IMG/VR virus record: IMGVR_UViG_3300021399_000133
Location: 1-64,000 of that record
Reading direction: 5' to 3' (one strand)
Source of the DNA: a virus
Taxonomy: Duplodnaviria > Caudoviricetes
Length of the DNA: 64,000 nucleotides
The notes beneath the pieces were generated by a model, which saw only the letters and a program-made list of their open reading frames with translations, did not search any database and was not told where the DNA came from. This document shows, piece by piece, positions 45,230-55,740 of this stretch; the first letter of the stretch is position 1, and the number at the start of each line of letters is the position of its first letter. The position numbers and the translations under genes were made by a program.

Positions 45230-48200
45230 AAATACAAGAAAAGTGGTTAATGCTAAGGTTGAAAAGGGGAAAGAGATGGAAGGCTATCAAAGTGCTGAAA
45301 AACAACTCCTAGCAATCCAAGCAGAGCAACAGCAAAATCTAGCACAAGCAAGAAGTGATGTTCAAAATACAATGGCACAAAACCAACTTCTGGCCGAAGC
45401 AGCTGGAGTGATGATGAGCGGAGCGGCAGTAGCACAACCACAAGTAGTTAGTCAACCTGTCAACCCAGCCACACAAGCAATTCTATCTAAATACGGAGTA
45501 GGACAACCAAAATTTCAAACAAATCAGTCCCATCAAACTTCCGTAACTAAACAAAATGTAGTAATAAACAATAATACTACAAATACTACCACAAATAACG
45601 TAGCAGTTCCAGCCAATATAGGAGGACCAATTCAAGGTAGACCAATCCAATTTCGACCACAACAACAGCAAGATCCTGGACAGTCTAAAATGAAAATGTG
45701 GCTGGATAATGCTTTCAATAGACAAAATGAACAAGCAAAATTAAAAGAAAGACTATTTGAGAGGAGAGATAATGCACTTACTAAGGCAGGACGTAAAATA
45801 CTCCAGAAATTAGGCGACTTGGGAAGAACAATTGGAGAAAGATTCGATCCTAGACGAGCTAATGGGGATTTAGTACATCAACTTAAAGTCCTATTCTTCC
45901 TCTTTGGTTTACACCTCTTGTCTAAAAATTGGAGAAAAATCCTGGAATTCACTAAAGATCTATCACTGAAGACATCTAAATTCTTTACTTGGATGTTTGG
46001 TGAAGACGGAAAACCTAGTGGATTTATCTCTGAACTTAAATATCTCTTTGGTGGTGATAGAAATGATGATCGAAGTCTAGTTGAAATCATTAAAGATATA
46101 TTCTGGAACGAAGATGAAAGTAAACCTGGCGTCTTTAATATCCTCCTAAAATACTTTGATAATATAATCGAGGATAGAAAAAGTGCTCTCGACAAAGTCT
46201 TAAATAACTCCAAAACCGTCACCGAGTCCTTTTCAAATAGCTTAGGTGGAGGACTAGAGAATCTTGGACTTGATAAACTCTTTGGCGGTGTTATAACTTA
46301 CCTTGGAGATATTCTTGGAGCAATTATAGGCGGTACCGGACATCTTAAAACAATCGCCTCTAGAGAAGCTTCAGTATCCTCGGCTAATACTGCTACTACC
46401 GATGAAACCTCTAATAAAGCCGTTGATAGATTTAATGGTTCTTCAACAATTGCAAAAGATACTAGTAGTGGTGACCTAGGTATTCATCAAAGAGGTATAA
46501 TCAAGGGAGACGTTGATAAAGAAGGCAAACTGAATACTAACGCCGGACAAATCTATGGAGCTGCGTGGAGACAAGGTAATGAACTTATATATGCTCTTAA
46601 TGATACAAAAGCTACCAGAACCAAAGATATAATGGCCGGCCTACAAAGATTACAGGGAGCTACAGAAAAAATACAAAATACAGAAAACAAATATATAATC
46701 TTACCAGCTGAAGGAGGATCAGGTCGAGGTGCAGGTGATTTCTTTGCAGCCCTAGAGAAAAGATTTGGAATTGATCCTAAAAACCCAGAGTGGCAAAGAA
46801 TTAAAAAAGAAGCTAGGGAACATGGTAAGTATAAGTGGGTCATTGCTGATAAAACCGCAGAAGATGTCAAGATAGGTAAGGATGTAGAAGACGCTATAAA
46901 AACAGAACAAACTGAAAACCTTGCTCTTGGCGCTGCAGAATTAACTTCTATCCTAAACCCAAATATAATTGCCAAAAATATTTCCTTAGGCGCTGGCGGA
47001 GTCATAACTGGTTGGAAAGGATTAAAGAAATTAGTTGGTGCCGATGCTTACAGTAAACTAGAGAATTCTGGAGCACTGAATAAGAAAGTAATTAAGATCG
47101 TCCCAGCTTCAGATCCTAGACCCGCCATTAATGATACTATTAATACTGGTTATGGTCTTGACTCCTCACTCCTGAACCGAATAAGAACTGTAATCTCTTC
47201 TCAAGTTGGAATGGATAATAGTATGTCCTTTGATGCAGGTGATACTAATTCTGTCCTAGCTGTTGATGAAAAACTCAAACAGACTAAGGCAGAAACTAGA
47301 ATGAGTAAATTCGAATCTTCAGCCAATGTATTAAAGGAAGCTAAACAATTCAATACTTCTCCAAATGTTACTTTAGAAGGATTAAAACGACAGTACGAAA
47401 ATCAGTGGAGAATATATAAGAAAAACAAAAGAGAAGGCAAAGTCACTAGTCCAAATGATATCAAAGATAAATTAACTCGGCGCTATATTCAGGCTAAGGA
47501 AAATGAATATCTAAAGGAACAGCAAACTAATGCACAGAAAAGACTAGATCAAGCTAAGAAGGAAAGAGCAGAACTTGAGAAGAAAAAGAGTAGTATGGAT
47601 GATCACTCTTATACCCTCGAAGCTGAAAATCTAGAGAGAAAAATTCAATCTGCGCAAAATGATCTGGATAATGTAATGTCTAGTGTAGTTGATGAAGCGG
47701 GAGATTCTGACTATATTTCTGATCTCCAAGACATACAAGAACGAGAACTAGAAAAGCAGAAGAGAGATGATGAAATCAATACAATGTGGAATAACTCTGC
47801 TTTAGTTACATCAGGAGAAAGATTTGCTGAACTTGCCGATAGAGGAACAAATGCTTTAGCTAATACGACAGGCTTTGATTTCTTTAGAACAGATCTCCAA
47901 GGTACTTATAATGAACAAGTTAGAGGAAATCTGTTAGCTAGTGATGCCATTAAAGACGTAACATTCAAAGCTGATACAAAGATAGCACCGGCACAGAATA
48001 CACCACAAGGACTAACTCCTACCTTTAATGTAAATAGGGCAGTATCGTGGATTAAATCACATGCTACTCCTAAATATACACGAGGGGTAAATGGTAACTG
48101 TGCACTTGGAGTTAGACGAGCCATTGCCGCTGGTTTTGGTCTTAATCCTACTCCGAGCACTACAAATTCTGGTGGTGATAATGGAACTAGAAATGATATC

Positions 48201-49862
48201 CGAACTTATATGTCTGGAAATGGCCCTAATATGGTCTATGCTAATCAATACACAGAACACTTAGGAGATCTTGGATTCCAGGCACTCAATTGGACCGGAT
48301 ATAAACCACAAATCGGAGATGTCTTAGTTTATCCTAGCTACGGAAGTCATAAAGCTGGTCATATTGCTATGTTTGGAGGTGATACTTGGTACGCTGATTA
48401 TAGACATGGAACAATGTGGACAGGCTTCCCAAAACAGGGTGTAGTATTTAGACATAAGAGTGTGATGAATGGTGCTACCTCTGCCCGTATTGGTGAAGTA
48501 GGTACAAACTCATCTTCTCAACTTAATACACCTTTCCGTAATCCAGAATTTGCGGGGAATGCTAATGCAAAAAAGGCTTATGATTTCTATATTCAGAATG
48601 GCATGAGTCGAATGGGAGCACTTGGTATGACCGCTCACCTTATGCAAGAGTCTCAGTTTAATCCAGATGCCTTTAATGGAACTGCTGGAGGAAATGGTGC
48701 ATATGGTATAGGACAGTGGAGAGGATCTAGACTAAAAGCACTAAAAGCTAAATATGGAGAACACCCTACTTTAGATCAACAGCTTCAATTCTCAATGGAC
48801 GAACTTCATAGTACCCATAAAGAAGGCTGGAGAAAACTGAATGAAGCACAAACACCTGATGAAGCCGTTGGAGCTGCTCTTGGTAACTATGGATTCTCGG
48901 CGGGTTTACAAGGAGCTATCAGAGAAATGAATAAATATGGTCAAGATGGCGAAGGTGTATACCAGAAAAAACTTCAGACAGTTAGAGCAATGGCCGGGGG
49001 AGATTGGAGTGGAGAACAGCCGGGAGGAAATTTCTTTGGTCGAGTTGGTAATATGTTCTTAGATGAAAATGGTAACTTTGATTTTGGAAACTTTATATCT
49101 GGCCTCTATGACGGTATTATGAACTGGACATCTGATAGAGCTAATGATGCAAAAAACTTCTATGCAACACTAACCTCTAATCAGAAAGGAGTCTATGATC
49201 ACTACTCTGGCCCGATTACATCTGAATTCAAAGACTATAACTCATACCTTAAAGATTCTGGTAGAGTTCCGGTAGGCTTGAATAGAGAAGAATGGGAAGA
49301 GTATGTGACAGGTGCAACAGGAGATAAACCACAGTACCTAACAATTGATGCTGACGCTGAAAAGAGAAGACAAGACGGCATCATTAAACTTCATAATGGT
49401 CAAGTAAGCAAGGAAACTAAAGATACTCTAGCTAAATATACAGAGAAATCAGAGGAGAAGGGAGAGGGGGAAGATGAAGATAATAATACTTATGTCACTC
49501 CTAGCTCTAACCTGGCAGAAGTTGTAGTTACCCCAGATACAGTTGAACCAGAATCAGAAGTTAGAAAAGTAAATATAGAAGGGACAGGAGCTTTTAGTGA
49601 TTGGAAAAATCTGGCTGAAACGGGAGAAGTAAAGAGTGCAGCTGAAGAAAAAGATCCAGTAATTAAATACATGAAAGGAACACTCGAACCTTATATGGCA
49701 GCTGTTCTTAAAGCTCTAGGCGCTCAATATGATGTCGCTAAGCTTGGTGTTCAAACTAATGCTAATGTTGGTGATGGTATGGTACAAGGAATTCGAGCAG
49801 CTATGACCAAAAATACTAGTACTGGGAGAGAAAAAAGACCTAACCCTTCTCTACTAACATAA
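45201..49862 (+). CDS. tape measure/baseplate hub protein with CHAP-NlpC/P60-like and phage-tail lysozyme domains
   Basis: 1553 aa, largely helical; GNCALGVRRAI..GHIAMF..WYAD; GMTAHLMQESQFNP..GAYGIGQW..RL..L..QQLQF. Confidence 0.85.
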   Translation: MATRQEELDRNTRKVVNAKVEKGKEMEGYQSAEKQLLAIQAEQQQNLAQARSDVQNTMAQNQLLAEAAGVMMSGAAVAQPQVVSQPVNPATQAILSKYGVGQPKFQTNQSHQTSVTKQNVVINNNTTNTTTNNVAVPANIGGPIQGRPIQFRPQQQQDPGQSKMKMWLDNAFNRQNEQAKLKERLFERRDNALTKAGRKILQKLGDLGRTIGERFDPRRANGDLVHQLKVLFFLFGLHLLSKNWRKILEFTKDLSLKTSKFFTWMFGEDGKPSGFISELKYLFGGDRNDDRSLVEIIKDIFWNEDESKPGVFNILLKYFDNIIEDRKSALDKVLNNSKTVTESFSNSLGGGLENLGLDKLFGGVITYLGDILGAIIGGTGHLKTIASREASVSSANTATTDETSNKAVDRFNGSSTIAKDTSSGDLGIHQRGIIKGDVDKEGKLNTNAGQIYGAAWRQGNELIYALNDTKATRTKDIMAGLQRLQGATEKIQNTENKYIILPAEGGSGRGAGDFFAALEKRFGIDPKNPEWQRIKKEAREHGKYKWVIADKTAEDVKIGKDVEDAIKTEQTENLALGAAELTSILNPNIIAKNISLGAGGVITGWKGLKKLVGADAYSKLENSGALNKKVIKIVPASDPRPAINDTINTGYGLDSSLLNRIRTVISSQVGMDNSMSFDAGDTNSVLAVDEKLKQTKAETRMSKFESSANVLKEAKQFNTSPNVTLEGLKRQYENQWRIYKKNKREGKVTSPNDIKDKLTRRYIQAKENEYLKEQQTNAQKRLDQAKKERAELEKKKSSMDDHSYTLEAENLERKIQSAQNDLDNVMSSVVDEAGDSDYISDLQDIQERELEKQKRDDEINTMWNNSALVTSGERFAELADRGTNALANTTGFDFFRTDLQGTYNEQVRGNLLASDAIKDVTFKADTKIAPAQNTPQGLTPTFNVNRAVSWIKSHATPKYTRGVNGNCALGVRRAIAAGFGLNPTPSTTNSGGDNGTRNDIRTYMSGNGPNMVYANQYTEHLGDLGFQALNWTGYKPQIGDVLVYPSYGSHKAGHIAMFGGDTWYADYRHGTMWTGFPKQGVVFRHKSVMNGATSARIGEVGTNSSSQLNTPFRNPEFAGNANAKKAYDFYIQNGMSRMGALGMTAHLMQESQFNPDAFNGTAGGNGAYGIGQWRGSRLKALKAKYGEHPTLDQQLQFSMDELHSTHKEGWRKLNEAQTPDEAVGAALGNYGFSAGLQGAIREMNKYGQDGEGVYQKKLQTVRAMAGGDWSGEQPGGNFFGRVGNMFLDENGNFDFGNFISGLYDGIMNWTSDRANDAKNFYATLTSNQKGVYDHYSGPITSEFKDYNSYLKDSGRVPVGLNREEWEEYVTGATGDKPQYLTIDADAEKRRQDGIIKLHNGQVSKETKDTLAKYTEKSEEKGEGEDEDNNTYVTPSSNLAEVVVTPDTVEPESEVRKVNIEGTGAFSDWKNLAETGEVKSAAEEKDPVIKYMKGTLEPYMAAVLKALGAQYDVAKLGVQTNANVGDGMVQGIRAAMTKNTSTGREKRPNPSLLT

Positions 49863-49869
49863 TAAAAAT

Positions 49870-50994
49870 ATGGATGGACAAGGAATAAGCGGGTGGTACT
49901 ATGATTATCAAATGGACCCCTCTAAAAGCCCAATGACAACAGTAAGCCTTCATTCTAATATGATTTATGAAGAACCTGCTAATGTTTCTGGAGTGGGAGG
50001 AGGAGATAGTTCTGGCGCTTCTTCAGCAAACAAGGCTACAGATGATGGCTATGTCTGGAAGAAATGTGATGCTGCTGGGGTTGAAGTAGATACACAACAC
50101 TACTCTAAAACCCCACTATGTACATCAATTCTTAAAGATGATTTTGCCGTCGGTGTTAGTAACTCATGGACAGACGTAGGTGGTGATGCCCTAGGCGAAA
50201 TGTGGAATAATGTAAAACAATATGCCCCCTATGCTGGAGCTGTCGCTGATGCTCTGTCTAATATGGCAAATAATCAAGACCCAGAAGCACTAAACGATAA
50301 TGGTATTGCTGGATTTGCTGCAAGATTAGTTGACCATATCGGATCTAGAAAGGATGGAGGAAATTCTGCAGTCGATAAAGCTGTGGACTATATGAACCGA
50401 GTCTTAGTGGTACAGGGAACGAGATTTTCATACTACTCAGGAACAGATATCAACTTCGGAACCCTAGGGATGAAATTTACTATTCTACCAACTTGGAAAA
50501 ATGGAACTTTCGTGTCTGTCAATCAACAAATAGACGCCTTATATCCATACTTTGTTGGTGAATTTGTAAAAGAAACAGCACTAGGAGAATGGGCTAAGGA
50601 GTATATCGGCTGGCAAAAACCCCCTAACGGATATAAACCTAATGTCAAAAATATAGACCAAGAACAAGAAGGTACTTTCAAACTCAAAATAGGAACTTAC
50701 TACAGTCTCTATAACCTGATTGTAACCGACGCCCAATTTAACTGGTCTAGACAAATGGTTAAAGTTCCGAAAAGTATGACTGGAAATGAAATTAGCCCAC
50801 TCTACTGCGATGTCTCACTAAATTTCAGACCCGCTACTAAGTTCTCAGATAAAGCACTACGAGAATTTGTATCCGGCCGAGCAAGACAGTTAGAGATAAG
50901 GGAAGTTCAAAATTACCTTAACGCCAAACTACTCGGGAATAACTACGTAATGAAAGAACTAAGACCCGCCGAAATCTCAGGGAATAATATGTAA
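49870..50994 (+). CDS. baseplate tail-tube cap-like protein (gp48-like)
   Basis: tube-fold pattern GMKFTILP..LIVTDAQFNW..PLYCDVSLNF; position after tape measure. Confidence 0.6.
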   Translation: MDGQGISGWYYDYQMDPSKSPMTTVSLHSNMIYEEPANVSGVGGGDSSGASSANKATDDGYVWKKCDAAGVEVDTQHYSKTPLCTSILKDDFAVGVSNSWTDVGGDALGEMWNNVKQYAPYAGAVADALSNMANNQDPEALNDNGIAGFAARLVDHIGSRKDGGNSAVDKAVDYMNRVLVVQGTRFSYYSGTDINFGTLGMKFTILPTWKNGTFVSVNQQIDALYPYFVGEFVKETALGEWAKEYIGWQKPPNGYKPNVKNIDQEQEGTFKLKIGTYYSLYNLIVTDAQFNWSRQMVKVPKSMTGNEISPLYCDVSLNFRPATKFSDKALREFVSGRARQLEIREVQNYLNAKLLGNNYVMKELRPAEISGNNM

Positions 50995-50998
50995 AACT

Positions 50999-51304
50999 AT
51001 GTATTCAAAAGCTAATAAAATCATTTCCGATAAAGCAGAACTGTCTAACTATATCGAAGGTTTTGATGTCTATAATTCACAACTTATCGAAAAAATGAAA
51101 GACCCAGACCTGCCTAAAGTAATGTATGAAATAACAGTGTATGAATATAGACCTGACTTAATTGCCCAAGATTTCTATGGCTCTGATGCGTATACTGCTC
51201 TAATCCTGCTTCAAAATGGGGTGGGATTGGAGTTTTATACTAAAGGAGCTGTCTTGGAATTAATACCAAAGTCAGCTATAGATAATATACTATCCAAGAT
51301 GTAA
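50999..51304 (+). CDS. LysM-like baseplate wedge protein (gp53-like)
   Basis: YEITVYEYRPDLIAQDFYG..LILLQNG. Confidence 0.8.
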   Translation: MYSKANKIISDKAELSNYIEGFDVYNSQLIEKMKDPDLPKVMYEITVYEYRPDLIAQDFYGSDAYTALILLQNGVGLEFYTKGAVLELIPKSAIDNILSKM

Positions 51305-51305
51305 A

Positions 51306-52427
51306 ATGAGTAAAATAACTAACTCCTACTCTATCTCCCTCGAAATACTACCCTGGACAGATAATGGACACTTCAAAATAAATAAACTACATCTGGTCGA
51401 GGAACTGGGAGGAAGAATACCAGAGGGAGAAATCCAAATGTACTATGACGAAGACCAAGAAGCAAATGATATCCTAACCAAAACTCAAACCGGAACTATC
51501 AAAATAACCGATGAGAAAGAAGGCGGACTATCTTTTGAAATCCCATACTTCATAGTCAAACGGAAAATCTTTAAAAATATAATTTCCTTTAATATCATCT
51601 GTACCCAAAATATCGAATTCTATAATAAACCAGTGGCAATGACGTATAAAGAAGGCATTAAAGCAGCTATCTCTAATGTCTTCCCTGGTAAACTCGATAT
51701 TAGAATAGAACCAGACTCTGCAGTGGATGGTAAAACCGAATACCAAAGATCAGAAACAGGCTATGAATTCTGTAAAAGATTAGCATACGCCTATAAGAAA
51801 AACTCTGTATTTTGCTTTGGATGGGAAGGATTGATGATTAAAGATACAATGGGAGAAACAAATTCTGAAGGTAAAGTTGAACAAGATGATACTATAATCC
51901 AAGTGACAGGTGGTAAAACCTTCTTCAATGTGGAATCTAATGAACTAAACTACCACGAAGAAACTAATCACGAACCTTATAACCCGTGGAAAGGAATAAC
52001 TAATGACCAAGAAACCTACTTCCCAACTACACAAAAATCTTATAAGGACGTGGAATCTAAAAACGCTACAGTCGTGATGAATATGGGACAATACCAAATC
52101 ATCGGGAAAGACAAAGAACAACACCTGGATAATAGTAGATTCAATGAGAGACTAATGAACTCCTCTTACTACTCTAAACTGAAAATTAAAGCACAAGACC
52201 TACCTAACTTTAAAATAGGTGACGTCGTGCAATATAGAAGAGTAGATGAAGACTCTAAACCTGTCTGGAAAAAATTTATCGTTAAAGGTAATGAACTGTT
52301 CTGGACTGGCGACGATGCAGATGGACAAACCGATGAATTAGGCTTCCCATTCTCTTGGACAACACTACTCCTGGGACTCGATAACGGAGACTGGAATAAA
52401 TCACCAGCAACACCACCAGAAGAGTAA
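51306..52427 (+). CDS. baseplate hub protein (gp27/GpD-like)
   Basis: YQRSETGYEFCKRLA pattern; lies between LysM and spike genes. Confidence 0.7.
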   Translation: MSKITNSYSISLEILPWTDNGHFKINKLHLVEELGGRIPEGEIQMYYDEDQEANDILTKTQTGTIKITDEKEGGLSFEIPYFIVKRKIFKNIISFNIICTQNIEFYNKPVAMTYKEGIKAAISNVFPGKLDIRIEPDSAVDGKTEYQRSETGYEFCKRLAYAYKKNSVFCFGWEGLMIKDTMGETNSEGKVEQDDTIIQVTGGKTFFNVESNELNYHEETNHEPYNPWKGITNDQETYFPTTQKSYKDVESKNATVVMNMGQYQIIGKDKEQHLDNSRFNERLMNSSYYSKLKIKAQDLPNFKIGDVVQYRRVDEDSKPVWKKFIVKGNELFWTGDDADGQTDELGFPFSWTTLLLGLDNGDWNKSPATPPEE

Positions 52428-52434
52428 TCCAATA

Positions 52435-52489
52435 TCCTAGGGCGATTTGAAATATGAATCTATCCCTTCAATGCGGACCCTAGGAACTG
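52435..52489 (+). ncRNA. 55-nt tRNA-mimic element, copy D
   Basis: tcctagggc/accctagga; gattt-GAAATAT-gaatc; tccc-TTCAAT-gcgg; a-CTG. Confidence 0.7.
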
Positions 52490-52512
52490 AGAAAACCTAA
52501 AACAAATAAAAA

Positions 52513-53184
52513 ATGATAGCACAATTTTACCTAGGAACTATAGTCGCAACAAAAAGAACTCCAGGCGATTATGGTGACCTCTTAACTAATCCACCAGAAT
52601 TTCATGAAGCTATAGTGGATATCCCTGGAGTTATACAAGGTGTTAAAGCCTTTCCTAAAACTTGTGGAGCTGACGAACCAAGAATAGGTGACCCAGTACT
52701 AGTAGCCGAATTTGATCCTACATACCACTCATACTATATCTATGAAGTACTAAAGGAAACAGACTTTATCGGCTTTAGATCCTCCGGCAAAATGATCGAC
52801 CTAACACCAGATCATATAACAATCGGCGTGTATGACGAAAGCACCGAATATTTCAACGGAGATAGACCAGACTGCTCCGCACTGGCAAATATTACCGTTG
52901 ATTCTTCTGGTGCAATAACTATACACGCAGCATCAGATATCACTATAAACGGAGATGCCAACTGTAATATCACTATCACTGGCAACGCTTCTATTAATGT
53001 GTCGGGTAATACAGATCTAAATGTTTCTGGTAATGCAACAGTGAAAGCAGGAGGAACACTGGAAACTGATGGTGGAACCTGGAAAACAACAAATGGAGTA
53101 GCAAAACCAAGTGGAAATGGACCCTTCTGCGGTATCCCATTCTGTGCATTCTCTGGCGCTCCTCAATGTGGACAACAATGCTAA
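52513..53184 (+). CDS. baseplate central spike (gp5/gpV-like OB fold plus beta-helix, Cys-rich tip)
   Basis: YLGTIV..PRIGDPVLV OB fold; ITI/INV beta-helix repeats; CGIPFCAFSGAPQC. Confidence 0.8.
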   Translation: MIAQFYLGTIVATKRTPGDYGDLLTNPPEFHEAIVDIPGVIQGVKAFPKTCGADEPRIGDPVLVAEFDPTYHSYYIYEVLKETDFIGFRSSGKMIDLTPDHITIGVYDESTEYFNGDRPDCSALANITVDSSGAITIHAASDITINGDANCNITITGNASINVSGNTDLNVSGNATVKAGGTLETDGGTWKTTNGVAKPSGNGPFCGIPFCAFSGAPQCGQQC

Positions 53185-53194
53185 AATAAAATAC

Positions 53195-53737
53195 ATGGCA
53201 AATACAATACTCGGACAAATACTGGAAAATGCTACCTCATACGGAGCAAATACTACAGCCGGAACAGCAGCTACACTACATAAAAAGTTTAATAATGGTG
53301 TCGCTGACTATCTCGAACAATATGTAACTATATCCGGAACTTTCTCTGGCGTTAGTGGAGATTCTAGCCTTACAACTGGACTCACCTGCAAAATAAATGC
53401 TTCAATGGTAAGAGCACAAACATTATCAGGGGCAGCAGGATTCGGAGCTTGGCAACAACAAATCTATAACATACTACGAACTTGCCCCGTTATAATGCCA
53501 GGAACGTTTACACCAATGGGAATGATACCAGCCTTCTCATTAATACAGGTAAGCTGGACACAAAACGACCTTAAAAACGTAGCAGCAGATCATGGAAAAG
53601 ATGGACATAGCAACTGTATGGATATGATAGGAACCGATATCAGGAAAGACCTAAGAAAAGGATTTACACCAAGCATTCCGGGAACAGTAGGATCTTATGT
53701 TGGAGCACTATCAATTTCATCTGTTACTACTCCTTGA
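53195..53737 (+). CDS. hypothetical virion protein (start revised to 53195)
   Basis: MANTILGQIL..; directly follows the spike gene. Confidence 0.65.
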   Translation: MANTILGQILENATSYGANTTAGTAATLHKKFNNGVADYLEQYVTISGTFSGVSGDSSLTTGLTCKINASMVRAQTLSGAAGFGAWQQQIYNILRTCPVIMPGTFTPMGMIPAFSLIQVSWTQNDLKNVAADHGKDGHSNCMDMIGTDIRKDLRKGFTPSIPGTVGSYVGALSISSVTTP

Positions 53738-53814
53738 AATGAACAAAATGCAATTAAAATCATAAAAAAATCTTTATATATGAGAATAACTAAATTAATT
53801 AATAAATAACAACT

Positions 53815-55740
53815 ATGAATAAGATCAATGTAGATATACCAGAAGGAACTGGTTATCTAAGTAATTTAGTAAATTTTAAAGATTATTTGCCACAAGAAAA
53901 GGCAATTATCAACAAAGCTATCTGTGGTTGTGGATGTACTAATTACTTCCTACAACTGCAAGATACACCAGTCTTACTAATTAGCCCAAGAAAGGAATTG
54001 ATTAATAGTAAGATGAAAAGTACTAGATTAAATGGACTATATTACTTTGATAGGACAAACTATAGAAGGGTAACAGTAGCGGAATCAATAGAAAAACTGG
54101 AGGAATATCTTGGGACTACTACATTACCACCTAAAATTCTAATGACATATGATTCTGCAAAGATAGTAATTGATCATTTAATTCGGACAGGGAGGATACA
54201 AAACTTTCTAATAGTAGTAGATGAGTTTACTTGTATTTTTTCTGACGTTAGGTTTAAAGGTTTTGTTGAGATTAATTTCTTAAAGTCTATTTTAGCACTA
54301 AATAATATTATTTACTTTATTAGCGCTACTCCAATCAAAGAAGTATTTTTGGATATGTTGGATGAGTTTAAAAATCTTCCATACGTAACCCTAAATTGGC
54401 CGCAGAGTTCAATTGAGACTGTCTATTTTGATTGGAATACGATGAATAGTACTAGGGCTGCTGTTAAAGAAATAATAAATAACTTTAAGATAGAAGGATT
54501 TTTCCATTCCAAAGTTGTAAATGGAGAAGTAGTCAAATCAATAGAAGCAGTATTCTTTGTTAATTCAGTCATAGACATAGCAGCTATAATAAATGATATG
54601 GATGGCTACTTAAATCCCTCTAATACCATGATTATTTGTGCTGAGGATACAAAAAATAAAAAGAGACTAAGAGAAGTTGGATTTAAGATAGGACAGCCTT
54701 ATAATGAGATAGATTATAAGACTATGAACAAAACCTTTACTTTCGTTACTAGAGCAAGTTTTGAAGGAACTGATTTCTACTCAGATAATTCTTCAACCTA
54801 TGTCTTTGCTGACTCTAATCGGGAAAATATGTGTCTAGATATTTCTATTGACTTACCACAGATTGTTGGTAGGTGTAGAACAATAGAAAATCCCTTCAGA
54901 AATGACATTACTTATTATTTTAAAACAACAACAGATAGGGGTAATGTTGATGATCTTACCGAGTTAGTAAAAAAGAAAAGACTAGAAACTATCGAAAGAA
55001 TTAAAGATTTTAATGAGCTCAAGGCCAACGGTAAAGAAGAGTTTCATAACTTTTTAATGAAGAGATTTATAAATGCTACAGAGAAATACGAGGATTGTTA
55101 TGTTGATGGACTAGTTACTTATGATCCTGATGGCCAAATAACTAACATATCCGCTGAGTTTAATAAATTAGCTTATGTCGCTGACCTAAGATCTATAGAA
55201 ATAAAAAAGAATCAATATAAGAATCGTTACTCTGTTCTAGCAAGTCTCGATGAAAACGGGTTCTTTAATGAAAATCAGAGGCAAGGAAGCTTATGTAGTG
55301 TTTTAGATAAGTTCAAGTCTTTACGAAAGTTTGAACGAAAAATAAAGATATATAGTTTAATAGCCGAAAAAGATAATAAGATCAGAGAAATGTTAGAAGG
55401 ATGTTCTGCTATACCAATAAACTATAAAATCTATAGTAGAAATATGAACTTGCGGGAAATGAAAGCAGTTAGGTTTAGAGAGATTGATATAAAGAGAAGA
55501 GTAGATTATCTCCAAAGTCAAGAGGCTATTAAAGAAGAGCTGTTAAAGGTTTTGGTACCAGGACAGTTTTATTCCTATGGTGAGATTAAATATTTATTAA
55601 TGCAGGTTATTAATAAATTAGGTCTCTCAGGTAAACCAAGTGGAAGTGATATCCTTTTAATGCTTCCTCCTGATAAAATCAAGGAAATTTCGAAGCGGAG
55701 AGGTAAAAATGTTTATAAAGGAATTATTTTGGCAGAATAA
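53815..55740 (+). CDS. superfamily-2 helicase-like protein (putative origin-binding/initiator)
   Basis: KAICGCGCT (motif I), SPRKELI (Ia), LIVVDEF (II), SAT (III), FEGTDF and QIVGRCR (V/VI). Confidence 0.7.
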   Translation: MNKINVDIPEGTGYLSNLVNFKDYLPQEKAIINKAICGCGCTNYFLQLQDTPVLLISPRKELINSKMKSTRLNGLYYFDRTNYRRVTVAESIEKLEEYLGTTTLPPKILMTYDSAKIVIDHLIRTGRIQNFLIVVDEFTCIFSDVRFKGFVEINFLKSILALNNIIYFISATPIKEVFLDMLDEFKNLPYVTLNWPQSSIETVYFDWNTMNSTRAAVKEIINNFKIEGFFHSKVVNGEVVKSIEAVFFVNSVIDIAAIINDMDGYLNPSNTMIICAEDTKNKKRLREVGFKIGQPYNEIDYKTMNKTFTFVTRASFEGTDFYSDNSSTYVFADSNRENMCLDISIDLPQIVGRCRTIENPFRNDITYYFKTTTDRGNVDDLTELVKKKRLETIERIKDFNELKANGKEEFHNFLMKRFINATEKYEDCYVDGLVTYDPDGQITNISAEFNKLAYVADLRSIEIKKNQYKNRYSVLASLDENGFFNENQRQGSLCSVLDKFKSLRKFERKIKIYSLIAEKDNKIREMLEGCSAIPINYKIYSRNMNLREMKAVRFREIDIKRRVDYLQSQEAIKEELLKVLVPGQFYSYGEIKYLLMQVINKLGLSGKPSGSDILLMLPPDKIKEISKRRGKNVYKGIILAE

